This document shows, piece after piece, positions 48,613 to 58,157 of a stretch of 64,000 nucleotides of DNA. Location: the NCBI GenBank assembly GCA_963665275.2, contig CAXXIN010000015.1:32001-96000 (forward strand). The letters are read 5' to 3'. The translations under genes and the position numbers were made by a program. Every line of letters starts with the position of its first letter. Position 1 is the first letter of the stretch. A model generated the notes under the pieces. The model had not been told where the DNA came from, ran no database searches, and was given only the letters and a program-made list of their open reading frames with translations. Source of the DNA: Negativicutes bacterium (lineage in GTDB: Bacteria; Bacillota; Negativicutes; UBA1444).

Positions 48613-50238
48613 CTATTCCGTCCTTCCCAGAACTCTGCCTTGATATACTTTTTGGTGGCAGCCTTTGTCGATGGCCACTTGCCCGTTCACAATGACGGTT
48701 TCAATCCCTGTGGAGTATTGTTTTGGCTCGGTATAGGTCGCCTGGTCCTGCACCGAATCCGGATTGAAGATGACAATATCCGCGTAATATCCCTGCCGGA
48801 TCAGACCGCGTCCGCCCAAGCCGAGGCGCCGCGCAGGACGGTCTGTCATCTTTTGGATGGCGTCTTCGAGTGAAAGCGCTTTCAATTCCCTTACATAGCG
48901 TGCCAATAGGCGGGTTGGCGTGCCAAAAGCCCGCGGATGGGGCTTGCCGTAGGAAAGGATGCCTTCCGCTGACAAACTCATGGCATCCGAGCCGATCATC
49001 GCCTGCGGTTGCTGCAGGAACGTGATTACATCCTCTTCCTTCATGGCGTAATAGTTCATCTGCACCCGGCCGTTTTCCGCAATCAACAGGTCAAACGCCG
49101 CATCATAGGGATCTTTTCCCTGCAACTCAGCGATTTCCGTAATGAATTTCCCTTCCAGAACCTTATTTTCTTCACTGCGAACCGAAGACACAAAGAATTT
49201 CCCCCAGCCGCCCGCTGATTTGACGAAGTTTTGCCATCCCGGCAAACCTTCGTTGATTTCCTGCCGCAGCCGAGTTCGAATTGAGGAATCGCCAAGCCGC
49301 CCGATCATCTTGTCCACGCCGCCTTCGAATATCCATGGCGGCATGCAGGCGGAAAGCGAAGTCAGGCCGGCAGTGTAGGGGTATACGTCATAGGACACTT
49401 CGATTCCCGAGCGTTCCGCTCTCGCCAGTCGCTCCAGCACCAAATCGGTCTTACCCAGCATATTCTGGCTCAACAGTTTCATATGCGAGATATGCACCGG
49501 CACGCCACCGGCTTCGCCAATCTGCAGCGCCTCCTCGATCGCATCCATGATCCCGTCGCTCTCTGTGCGCATGTGCGTGCAGTAAATCCCTTTATACGGT
49601 GCGATGGTCTTGCAAAGTTCGCCAATCTCCTCCATGGAAGAATATTCACCCGGCAGGTAGACCAGGCCGGAACTAAGTCCCAAAGCGCCTTCCGACATCG
49701 ACGCATCGACGAGGCGTTGCATCTCTTTCAATTCCACCGCATTGGGGTTTCCTTTGGCAAACCCCATCACAGCAATCCTCACCACGCCCTGCCCTACCAG
49801 CGGTGCGATATTCAACGCCGGAGGGGTATTTTTAACATGTTGCAAATACTCATCGAAGCTCGCCCACGGGAGTTCAATCTTGACCGGGATCGATCCAATC
49901 AGGCGGGTGCCTAGATAGTCAATCAGAAGCTCCCTGTTCTCCTCTTTGATCGGCGCTGGACCGATGCCGCAGTTGCCTACAACTTCGGTGGTCACACCGC
50001 TATATATCTTGCTGTTGGCATTCCGGTCATACACAACGGACAGGTCTGAATGGGTATGCATATCAATAAAACCAGGCGCCACAACATTGCCGTGGGCATC
50101 GATCGTTGCACCGCTTTCGCAGTCAGTCAGATTGCCGATTGCTGCGATCCTGTCCCCCACTATCCCAACATCGCCGTGATAAGCGATTTTCCCGCTGCCA
50201 TCGACGATACGGCCGTTAATAATCTTGAGATCAAACAT
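48613..50238 (-). CDS. N-acyl-D-amino-acid deacylase (D-aminoacylase) 1
   Basis: PGFIDMHTHSD, GVTTEVVGNCG, GLSSGL.Y.PG, HMR.E, HISH.K, DVYPY, GSD and HPRAFGT. Confidence 0.9.
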   Translation of the reverse strand: MFDLKIINGRIVDGSGKIAYHGDVGIVGDRIAAIGNLTDCESGATIDAHGNVVAPGFIDMHTHSDLSVVYDRNANSKIYSGVTTEVVGNCGIGPAPIKEENRELLIDYLGTRLIGSIPVKIELPWASFDEYLQHVKNTPPALNIAPLVGQGVVRIAVMGFAKGNPNAVELKEMQRLVDASMSEGALGLSSGLVYLPGEYSSMEEIGELCKTIAPYKGIYCTHMRTESDGIMDAIEEALQIGEAGGVPVHISHMKLLSQNMLGKTDLVLERLARAERSGIEVSYDVYPYTAGLTSLSACMPPWIFEGGVDKMIGRLGDSSIRTRLRQEINEGLPGWQNFVKSAGGWGKFFVSSVRSEENKVLEGKFITEIAELQGKDPYDAAFDLLIAENGRVQMNYYAMKEEDVITFLQQPQAMIGSDAMSLSAEGILSYGKPHPRAFGTPTRLLARYVRELKALSLEDAIQKMTDRPARRLGLGGRGLIRQGYYADIVIFNPDSVQDQATYTEPKQYSTGIETVIVNGQVAIDKGCHQKVYQGRVLGRTE

Positions 50239-50361
50239 TATCCTGCACTTCCCTTCCTTGAATACCTGCGAATGGCTAAAAACGACCCCTAATGAAAATG
50301 CCAAATCCGGCGCAGATGGGATTCCACGCCGGATGCAGCTTCGTCAATCTTGAGATCCGAT

Positions 50362-51474
50362 CTACTTGATGACTTCCCTGCCGACCATCATCCGTTCCAG
50401 TGCTTTTTCATCCACTGCGTAACTGACGCCGTTCGTCTCATCAGGCACGATGAGCGTGCACCGATCGGTAATATTGACATGAGGAGTCGTGATATCGTCT
50501 TTGAAATAGCGGTTGCTGGCAGCGATATCATGGGCCAGGAGAGTGAAGTTCGGCAGACTGGCGAACGAGATGTTCTGTACGCGCCCGATGCCGAGTTCCG
50601 TCATGCCGCCGACCCATATGGGGATGTTGTGCTGCATGCAGAGATCGTGAATCCTGACAGACTCGCACAAACCGCCGCAGCGGCTGGATTTGATGTTGAT
50701 GATTTTGCAGCTGCCCATCGCGATGGCATGCCGCGCCGTGTCATATGAAACGATGCTTTCATCGAGGCAGACCGGTGTCTTGATGGCTTTCTGCAACACG
50801 GCATGGTCGATGATGTCGTCTTCGGCCAGCGGCTGCTCGATGTATTGCAGGTTCAGATCATCCATGGCCCGGAACAGGTCGATGTCCGCCAGCGTGTAAT
50901 CCGAGTTGGCATCCACGGTCAGCGTGATATCCGGATAATGGCGGCGGATTTCCCGCAGCACTTCGATATCCCAGCCTGGCTTGATCTTAATCTTGGTCCG
51001 GTGATAGCCTTCCGCCAGATACTTTTCGATCTTTCCGAGCAGGGAAGCTACTGTCGGTTCAATGCCGAGACTCACACCGACCTTGACCTCGGATTGCGTC
51101 CCCCCGAGCAGGGTCTTCAGCGACTTGCCCTCCCGCTGGGAATGCAGTTCCCAGAGCGCGTTCTCCACGGCGGCGATGGCGAGACGGTTGCCACGGATAA
51201 AGGTCATTTTGCGCATAAAGTCGTATGGGTCCTGAATCTCTTGGTGCAAAATCACCGGCGCGATGATGTTCTTGATGATGTGGAAGCAGGTGCCGTTGTC
51301 TTCAGGATTATACAGCGGTCCATAAAACGCTTTACATTCGCCATAGCCAGTAAGCCCCTCTGAATAAACCTTGATGATCAGGGCATCCCGTTCGACAAAT
51401 CGGGTGAAACTGGTTTCAAAGGGGTGGAGGAACGGGTTTTTCACATGAATAATATCAATTCGGTCAATTTTCAT
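50362..51474 (-). CDS. NSAR/OSBS subfamily enolase-superfamily enzyme (N-acylamino-acid racemase-like)
   Basis: PFETSF, GVSLGI, KIKIKPG (KxK), VDAN, IEQP, LDES, INIK and GGM.E; no men genes nearby and flanked by aminoacylases. Confidence 0.85.
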   Translation of the reverse strand: MKIDRIDIIHVKNPFLHPFETSFTRFVERDALIIKVYSEGLTGYGECKAFYGPLYNPEDNGTCFHIIKNIIAPVILHQEIQDPYDFMRKMTFIRGNRLAIAAVENALWELHSQREGKSLKTLLGGTQSEVKVGVSLGIEPTVASLLGKIEKYLAEGYHRTKIKIKPGWDIEVLREIRRHYPDITLTVDANSDYTLADIDLFRAMDDLNLQYIEQPLAEDDIIDHAVLQKAIKTPVCLDESIVSYDTARHAIAMGSCKIINIKSSRCGGLCESVRIHDLCMQHNIPIWVGGMTELGIGRVQNISFASLPNFTLLAHDIAASNRYFKDDITTPHVNITDRCTLIVPDETNGVSYAVDEKALERMMVGREVIK

Positions 51475-51507
51475 TACTCACAACTTCCTTCCTGTAATAC
51501 CACGATA

Positions 51508-52167
51508 TTATTTTTTGCCGGTCAAATAAACTACCCGCGCCATCGCAATTCCGCCAGCGATTACGGCGATGGAGAGCATCGATCCCGGCAGTCCGATCTT
51601 AGGCGCGAAATAAGTAATCGCCAATCCCAGGATAATAGTCAGGATACCGATTTTAAGATGTCTGCGGGATAGTTCGGCGTAAACGGCGCCAAATACCGCC
51701 GGCAGGATGAAGCCGAACGCTTTGGTTACAAATTTCGGCACCATCGGCATGATCGCCGCTCCGATAAACGTGAACAGCGTTAGAATCGCCACCGACACGA
51801 ATACCGACCCGGCAATCCCGATGGTCGCCATCACATCTCCTTCAGGTGAACCCGGCTCAGCTCCGGCGACTCTCTGCGCCATTGTGGCGGCCGGCACACG
51901 GATATCGGCAACATTGCCGCACAACCAGCTGATATACGATCCGCCGATTCCCAGCATCGGGTAAAAGGATAACGGTTGTACGAGCCAGCTGACGCCGAAA
52001 GCGCTCAGCGCCACCGCGTAAATCTGCACCAGATCGGTGAATTGCGGCATGACGCCTACGACTCCTGCGAGATAAAGGGCCGGAACAAAATTGGCGATCA
52101 AACCTGCGACCAGAGTAAACATTCCGATGCGGGCAGACTGGGCCTGAAAATCATAATTGCCTTCCAT
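51508..52167 (-). CDS. Uncharacterised membrane protein, partner of DUF5058 (copy 2)
   Basis: Near-identical to 39347-40003. Confidence 0.8.
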   Translation of the reverse strand: MEGNYDFQAQSARIGMFTLVAGLIANFVPALYLAGVVGVMPQFTDLVQIYAVALSAFGVSWLVQPLSFYPMLGIGGSYISWLCGNVADIRVPAATMAQRVAGAEPGSPEGDVMATIGIAGSVFVSVAILTLFTFIGAAIMPMVPKFVTKAFGFILPAVFGAVYAELSRRHLKIGILTIILGLAITYFAPKIGLPGSMLSIAVIAGGIAMARVVYLTGKK

Positions 52168-52193
52168 ATCGATCCTCCTCTATCAATTTCTTT

Positions 52194-52889
52194 CTAGAAA
52201 AAATAGGCCGCGGTAAACATACCGATCAACATGGCGATCCCCAGAGCCGGTTCCTGCAGCCGGGGGTAATTGCCGGCATACTTTGAAATCAGATACATGG
52301 AAACAAAAGCCACGATTCCGGCCACAAACTGTCCGCCGCCCTTAATCAGGGCAGGACTCCACAGGGAAGCAAACAGGCCGATCGCAGCGCCCGTCATGAT
52401 GAGCTTCACCCACGCGGGATTATATTTTTGATTCATTTTCTTGATGGCGGAGTTCATGCGCTTGACGAAGATCAGCGCCACCAGCATCCAGCCGGCATTG
52501 TTCATCGCCATGCCCCAGATCGCATAGCTGAAAGCCTTGAGATCAAAAGCAGCGGATCGCATTTCAACACCGTACACTTTCGTGGCCAGCGCCGACATGG
52601 CCAGCTCGGTCCGGGCAGCGCCGATGTCGTTCATCCGCATCCAAGTTGTAGGACCACCAAGCACTGCCAGCAGCGCCAGCAGGATGACTACTGGAGCCAG
52701 AGATGGCCCGATCGCGGTGATCATGGCAGCGCGCATCCCCTTGATGCACTCGCTGCGGGGCATTCCCAGTTTGTTGGCCGCCCTGAATCCTTCCCGCATA
52801 AACAGGGCGCTCTGGACCAAAACCACAAGCACCATGAAACTGGAAGCAATCCACATCCCTGGACTGTTCATTACCGATTGCAGATTCAT
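52194..52889 (-). CDS. DUF5058 family membrane protein (copy 2)
   Basis: Near-identical to 40052-40747. Confidence 0.75.
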   Translation of the reverse strand: MNLQSVMNSPGMWIASSFMVLVVLVQSALFMREGFRAANKLGMPRSECIKGMRAAMITAIGPSLAPVVILLALLAVLGGPTTWMRMNDIGAARTELAMSALATKVYGVEMRSAAFDLKAFSYAIWGMAMNNAGWMLVALIFVKRMNSAIKKMNQKYNPAWVKLIMTGAAIGLFASLWSPALIKGGGQFVAGIVAFVSMYLISKYAGNYPRLQEPALGIAMLIGMFTAAYFF

Positions 52890-52909
52890 AGTTACCCTCC
52901 TCCATTATT

Positions 52910-54541
52910 TTATTGTGCTTTGTGTGTAAGCACTCTACCACCGAAAACTTTCTGGTGAATTCCATTAGCCAACACAATATTTCCATTCACGACAACATAG
53001 TCAAACCCACTCGAATAGTGCTTGGGATCGCTGTACACGGAATTGTCCCGTACCCTATCCGGGTCGAACACGACTACGTCGGCATAGTACCCTTCCTGAA
53101 GCAGCCCTCGTTTGGGCAGCCCCAAACGCCATGCAGGCATATAGGCCATTTTCTTCACAGCTTCTTCCAAACTCAGGACTTTTTTCTCTCTCACATACCG
53201 CCCCAGCACCCTTGCTCTGGTGCCGAACGCGCGAGGATGGGGCATACCGAACGACATGACTCCCTCAGTCGATACGCTCATCCCGTCAGAGCCGACCATT
53301 GCCATGGGATGCGTCAGAATATTGACCAAATCTTCTTCCGACATAAGCAGAAGCACGATCAAAACTTTTCCTTTTTCGGCGATCAACAGGTCGAAAACTG
53401 CCGTGTACGGATCTTTCCCCTGCATGTCGGCGATTTGTTGAATGGTTTTCCCTTCCAGACACTTATTCGCTTGGCTGTTGACAGTGGTGATCGTTATATT
53501 TTCCCAACCGCCTGCCGCTTTAAACAAGTTCTGCCAGCCAGTTATTCCATTCTCGACATCAACGACGATTTTTGCCCGGATTTCGGCATCAGCAAGGCGG
53601 GTCAATAGTTTTTCGACCCCTCCTTCAAAAGCCCACGGCGGCATGCACGCAGTCAAGCCGGTCATCCCGGATGTATACGGATAGACATCAAACGTTGTTT
53701 CAACCCCGGCTTGATTGGCTGCGTCAATTCGCGCCAGCAGCTCCGGCGAGCGCCCCCAGACCGACTCCCCCGCCACCTTTAAATGGGAAATGTGGACAGG
53801 AACTCCCGCTTCTTCGCCAATGGTCAGGGCCTCCTCCAAGGCGTCGAATACGCCTTCGCTTTCATTCCTGATGTGGGTCACGTAAAACCCTTGATACGGT
53901 TTCATTTCTTTTGATAGTTCCGCCAGTTCATTCGTAGAGGAAAACTCCCCCGGCATATAAATCAGACCGGAGCTAAGCCCGACAGCCCCTTCCGCCATAC
54001 CGGCTTTAACCAGCGCTTTCATTTCAGCCATTTGCGTGTCCGAGGGCGTGTCCTTGCCAAAACCCATGACCGCAATTCGCACTGGCCCCTGGGCAAGCAA
54101 CGCGACCACATTTAATGCCGGAGGGTGTCCCCTGACATAATCCAGATACTCTGCCATCGATGACCAATGAAGTTCGATAGTGACAGGGAGGTTGCCGATC
54201 ATCCGGGTTCCCAAATAATCGATCAGCAGCTGGCGGTTCGCCTCCGAAACCGGCGCTACGCCAATCCCGCAATTCCCCACCACTTCGGTAGTCACTCCGT
54301 CGAAGATCTTGCTGTTTGTATGCGGATCAAATAGCACCGCCAGGTCTGAATGCGTATGCATGTCAATAAAGCCCGGTGAAACGATTTTTCCAGTTGCATC
54401 GATTGTTTGGCGACTGGTTGCGTCAGCCAAATCGCCAATGGCAACAATCCGGTCGCCAACAATTCCCACATCCGACGAAAATGCCGGATTCCCGGAGCCA
54501 TCCACAATCAACCCGTTGACAATTTTGATATCGAATGTCAC
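52910..54541 (-). CDS. N-acyl-D-amino-acid deacylase (D-aminoacylase) 2
   Basis: Same motif set as 48613-50238; GTG start after GGAGGTG RBS. Confidence 0.9.
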   Translation of the reverse strand: MTFDIKIVNGLIVDGSGNPAFSSDVGIVGDRIVAIGDLADATSRQTIDATGKIVSPGFIDMHTHSDLAVLFDPHTNSKIFDGVTTEVVGNCGIGVAPVSEANRQLLIDYLGTRMIGNLPVTIELHWSSMAEYLDYVRGHPPALNVVALLAQGPVRIAVMGFGKDTPSDTQMAEMKALVKAGMAEGAVGLSSGLIYMPGEFSSTNELAELSKEMKPYQGFYVTHIRNESEGVFDALEEALTIGEEAGVPVHISHLKVAGESVWGRSPELLARIDAANQAGVETTFDVYPYTSGMTGLTACMPPWAFEGGVEKLLTRLADAEIRAKIVVDVENGITGWQNLFKAAGGWENITITTVNSQANKCLEGKTIQQIADMQGKDPYTAVFDLLIAEKGKVLIVLLLMSEEDLVNILTHPMAMVGSDGMSVSTEGVMSFGMPHPRAFGTRARVLGRYVREKKVLSLEEAVKKMAYMPAWRLGLPKRGLLQEGYYADVVVFDPDRVRDNSVYSDPKHYSSGFDYVVVNGNIVLANGIHQKVFGGRVLTHKAQ

Positions 54542-54570
54542 TCGATTCACCTCCGTCCCACTAATTTTCC

Positions 54571-55446
54571 TTATCGGTAGCAAACGTCCTGGATTCGTTC
54601 TTCATAAAGTTCCATAATTTTTTTCGTCACCGAGCCCACTTTGCCGTTGCCAACTGGTTTTCCATCGATTTTGACCAGGGGAATCACGGCCAGTGAATTC
54701 GTGATCAGGGCTTCGTCGGCGCCAAGATAAAAATCCAGCGGCACAAAATCTTCAACAACCGAAATGCCGCTTTGTTTCGCAAGCTCGATCACAGTTGCCC
54801 GGGTGATGCCCGGTAAAATATACTTCCCATTGGGAGAAGTATATAAAACTCCGTCTTTGACGGCAAAACAGTTGCTGTGCGCACATTCAGTGACAACATC
54901 CTTGCCCTTAATTTCCCGAATCAAAAGACTTTCATAGCATCCTGCCGCCACTGCTGCATTTTTGGCCAGTACACTGCCCAACAGGTTCAACGATTTCACA
55001 TGACACAACAGATGACGATCATCCGAGTGAGAAATCGCAGTCGCGCCGACCGTAAAATATTCTTGCGGGTAGGGTTTCAAGGGCGAGATTGTCCCCGAGA
55101 ATAGAGACCGAATATCCGGAGCGCTGGCATGTGCTCGGGGCGAGGAATACCCCCGCGTATACTGGACATAGATGAGTGCATCCTGCAAACCCGATTCTTT
55201 CGTCATGTTACCGATGATTTCCGTCATTTCTTCATGGGAAAAGCTCGGTTTGATACCGACCAGATTGCAACTTCGCTGCAATCGATTCAAATGATCGTCC
55301 ATCAAGAAATGGCGCCCATTCAATAAACACCATGCATCGTATACTCCATCGCCGAATTGATAACCACGATCTTCGAGCTTCGCCACCGGTTGGTCGATAT
55401 CGACCAGTTTTCCGTCAAACATTCCGACTGCCCGCACGTTTTTCAC
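54571..55446 (-). CDS. dat: Class IV PLP aminotransferase, D-amino-acid transaminase-like
   Basis: EDRGYQFGDGVY, H..RL, Y.Q.TRG...R.H, KSLNLL, TE...SN and ILPGITR. Confidence 0.8.
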   Translation of the reverse strand: MKNVRAVGMFDGKLVDIDQPVAKLEDRGYQFGDGVYDAWCLLNGRHFLMDDHLNRLQRSCNLVGIKPSFSHEEMTEIIGNMTKESGLQDALIYVQYTRGYSSPRAHASAPDIRSLFSGTISPLKPYPQEYFTVGATAISHSDDRHLLCHVKSLNLLGSVLAKNAAVAAGCYESLLIREIKGKDVVTECAHSNCFAVKDGVLYTSPNGKYILPGITRATVIELAKQSGISVVEDFVPLDFYLGADEALITNSLAVIPLVKIDGKPVGNGKVGSVTKKIMELYEERIQDVCYR

Positions 55447-55464
55447 CTCATTCTTTGATTTTTT

Positions 55465-56790
55465 TTAGCGCGACGGTTTCTGAAGCAGCAAGCACCCTTT
55501 TTCATAAAATCCATTCATAATATCGGTGGGTACCATACTGCCGCCGGTGGCCCACGCAATATGCACGGCGCCTTCCTGTGCTATAGGCAATCGGGCTGGA
55601 CCGACGAAACCAGCCAATGCGGAAGGTTCCAAAAAGACGCCTTCCGTATCAGCCAACTGCGCAAGCAGCCGATACATTTCGCCGTCCTCCACCGTATACA
55701 CTCCACTGATAAGCCGGCCAACGTTCTTGCCGACAAAGCCCGAGGGACGCCCCACAGCGAGTCCATCCGCCTCAGTGATGTTGTCGATGCCGAAATCCTG
55801 AACCGATACAGCATCATGCAATCCGGTCATCAATCCAATCAACATGGCCGGGGCATGCGTCGGTTCGGCGAAGTAACAATGGACATTTCTCCCGAAAATC
55901 AGTTTCAGTCCAAACGTGATCCCGCCGGGAGAGCCGCCCACACCGCAAGGAAGATAAACAATCAAGGGCCGCTTGTCATCGATGGTGATATTCATCTCGT
56001 CCAGTTGTTTCTTCAGCCGGAGGGCAGCCACCGCATACCCAAGAAACAGATCCGTCGAGTTTTCATCATCAATGAAATGACTGTTTGCTTCTTTCTCCGA
56101 TTGTTTTCGCCCTTCTGTCACCGCCTGTGAAAAATCAGCGTCGTACTCGATGACGCGAACCCCCTTGGATCGCAGCAGATCTTTCTTCCAGGTTTTTGCA
56201 TCCGCCGACATATGCACCGTCACTTTGAAACCCAGTTTCGCGCTCATGATGCCGATGCTCAGGCCGAGATTTCCTGTCGACCCCACAGCAATGGAGTACC
56301 CTGCATAGAGCCTCCGGAACGGCTCGCTGTCGATGATACTGTAATCATCGGCTTCACTCAGCAGTTGGTGCTCGATGGCCAACTCTTCCGCGACTTTCAG
56401 CACTTCATACACTCCGCCCCGAGCCTTGATCGAGCCGGCGATGGGGAGATGACTGTCGTATTTCGCATAGATTTTCCCCGGAATCTGCCGCTGTAACAGG
56501 CGTTCCAATTCCTGCTGCATGCGGGGAACCTGCAGCAATGGGGACTCGATGATCCCACGGGTAGCCTGTGTTTCGGGAAAGGCCTTCGCAATATAAGGTG
56601 CAAATCGCAACAGACGCCGTTCTGCATCTTCGACATCGTTCAACCCCAAAGCCAAAGGAAGCGAATCCAGCGTTGGCACGCAGGCCGGATTCGACCACCA
56701 TACTTCCCGCGTGTCGATGAGATCCTGCAGCAGGGGGTACTCCGCAATCCATTCAGCTAAAGTCCGCCCCATAATATTTTGCTCCTGCAT
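55465..56790 (-). CDS. dsdA: D-serine ammonia-lyase
   Basis: [46 protein letters not shown] and WATGGSMVP. Confidence 0.93.
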   Translation of the reverse strand: MQEQNIMGRTLAEWIAEYPLLQDLIDTREVWWSNPACVPTLDSLPLALGLNDVEDAERRLLRFAPYIAKAFPETQATRGIIESPLLQVPRMQQELERLLQRQIPGKIYAKYDSHLPIAGSIKARGGVYEVLKVAEELAIEHQLLSEADDYSIIDSEPFRRLYAGYSIAVGSTGNLGLSIGIMSAKLGFKVTVHMSADAKTWKKDLLRSKGVRVIEYDADFSQAVTEGRKQSEKEANSHFIDDENSTDLFLGYAVAALRLKKQLDEMNITIDDKRPLIVYLPCGVGGSPGGITFGLKLIFGRNVHCYFAEPTHAPAMLIGLMTGLHDAVSVQDFGIDNITEADGLAVGRPSGFVGKNVGRLISGVYTVEDGEMYRLLAQLADTEGVFLEPSALAGFVGPARLPIAQEGAVHIAWATGGSMVPTDIMNGFYEKGCLLLQKPSR

Positions 56791-56848
56791 TACAGCTCCA
56801 CCCTCCGGTACATTTTTCGTCCAGTTTTATCGTAATATTTTAGGCTGC

Positions 56849-57991
56849 TCAAACCGCATCGACTGACAACGCCAATAACTTGGCCCGTTCCACGAGTCCG
56901 GCCAGAACGATATACTCCCGGTCGCTGTGATTGAGTTCGCCCAAGGCTCCCATCGAGCAAATTGAAGGAGCGCCGGCACGGACGGTCCACCCTGCGTCAG
57001 AAGCCCCGCCGCCAACCTTTTTCTCGACATCCAGCCCCAATTTCTTGCCCTGTTCCCGCACGATTTCGTACAGTTTCAAGTTTCCTTCCGTCACTTCCAT
57101 TGGTGTGAACCGTTCCCTGAGATTCGCCACCTCGGTAGTCGTACCGGGAACAATGCTTTGCGAAGCGATTTTTCGCAGACTCTCTATTCCTTCCGCACCG
57201 TCAGCTGCAGTCAAATAGCGCATGTCGATGACGACAGAAGCGTAGTCGGGCACTGCATTGGCCACCGTTCCGCCTTTGATGACGCCGCAGTTGAAGGTAA
57301 GTCCCCGGTTTTTGTCCGTAAGGTTGTTGACGGCGATGATCTTGTGCGCCAATTCCACAATCGCACTGGCGCCTTTGTCCAAATCTGCGCCTGCATGGGC
57401 CGAAACTCCCTTAACAATCAGCTCCGGATGGATATTGCCTTTACGCCCCACCAGAACTGCTTGCCCGGCGCTGGCGGTTTCCATATTGAATACCGCATCT
57501 TTGCCTTTGGCGTATTTCTCGAACAGTTCGGGCGCATTGGTTTTGGGATGGGCGAACTCTTCGTCGCCGGCAAAGAACACCGTAACATTCTTGTCATTCC
57601 AGCCGGATTCATAAAGAGCTTCCAGCGCAAAGAGAGCGATCGTGATGCCGCCCTTCATGTCCAAAACTCCGGGTCCATATGCTTTATCGTCCCGGATGGT
57701 AAAAGGCCTGGCTGCTACCGTCCCCACAGGAAAAAGCGTGTCCATGTGGCCGATGATCATGACTTCTTTGCTACCCGTCCCTTTCTTTTTGGCCAGCAGA
57801 TGCGTACAGGCGCCCGGAACATCCATATATTCCACATCAAATTTCATTTCCTGAAGTTTGTCGCCAATAATGCGAGCTACTTTCGCAACGCCCTCCGGAC
57901 TGTCGTTCCCTGAATCTATGTTCACCAATTTCTCTAAAAAACCGATCATTTTGTCATGTTTTGCTTCGATGGCCTTCACTAGCTTCTCCAT
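56849..57991 (-). CDS. M20 family metallopeptidase/amidohydrolase 2
   Basis: GHMDT, GPGVLDMKGG, GDEE, GVSAHAG, GGASD and HSDRE; paralog of 40772-41935. Confidence 0.9.
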   Translation of the reverse strand: MEKLVKAIEAKHDKMIGFLEKLVNIDSGNDSPEGVAKVARIIGDKLQEMKFDVEYMDVPGACTHLLAKKKGTGSKEVMIIGHMDTLFPVGTVAARPFTIRDDKAYGPGVLDMKGGITIALFALEALYESGWNDKNVTVFFAGDEEFAHPKTNAPELFEKYAKGKDAVFNMETASAGQAVLVGRKGNIHPELIVKGVSAHAGADLDKGASAIVELAHKIIAVNNLTDKNRGLTFNCGVIKGGTVANAVPDYASVVIDMRYLTAADGAEGIESLRKIASQSIVPGTTTEVANLRERFTPMEVTEGNLKLYEIVREQGKKLGLDVEKKVGGGASDAGWTVRAGAPSICSMGALGELNHSDREYIVLAGLVERAKLLALSVDAV

Positions 57992-58084
57992 GCCGCCATT
58001 CCTCCTTTATTTCATCTGGACGTTTTCGTTTGTCCCTTCTTTTCGAATAGTCCGATTAATGATATTATATGGTTAAATGACGCG

Positions 58085-58116
58085 CCCTAATATTGTCCCT
58101 AATATGTCCAAAATAT
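58085..58116. promoter_or_regulatory. Direct repeats in the divergent promoter region
   Basis: CCCTAATATTGT-CCCTAATATGT-CCAAAATAT, about 11-12 bp period. Confidence 0.45.
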
Positions 58117-58157
58117 TAATTTACTCCCTCGCATTCTGGCAGTAAAGGAGAGCCCAA

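Noticed and set aside
50362-51474. Calling this gene menC (menaquinone biosynthesis)
   Set aside because: No other men genes are nearby; the flanking aminoacylases favour N-acylamino-acid racemase, so no symbol was given.
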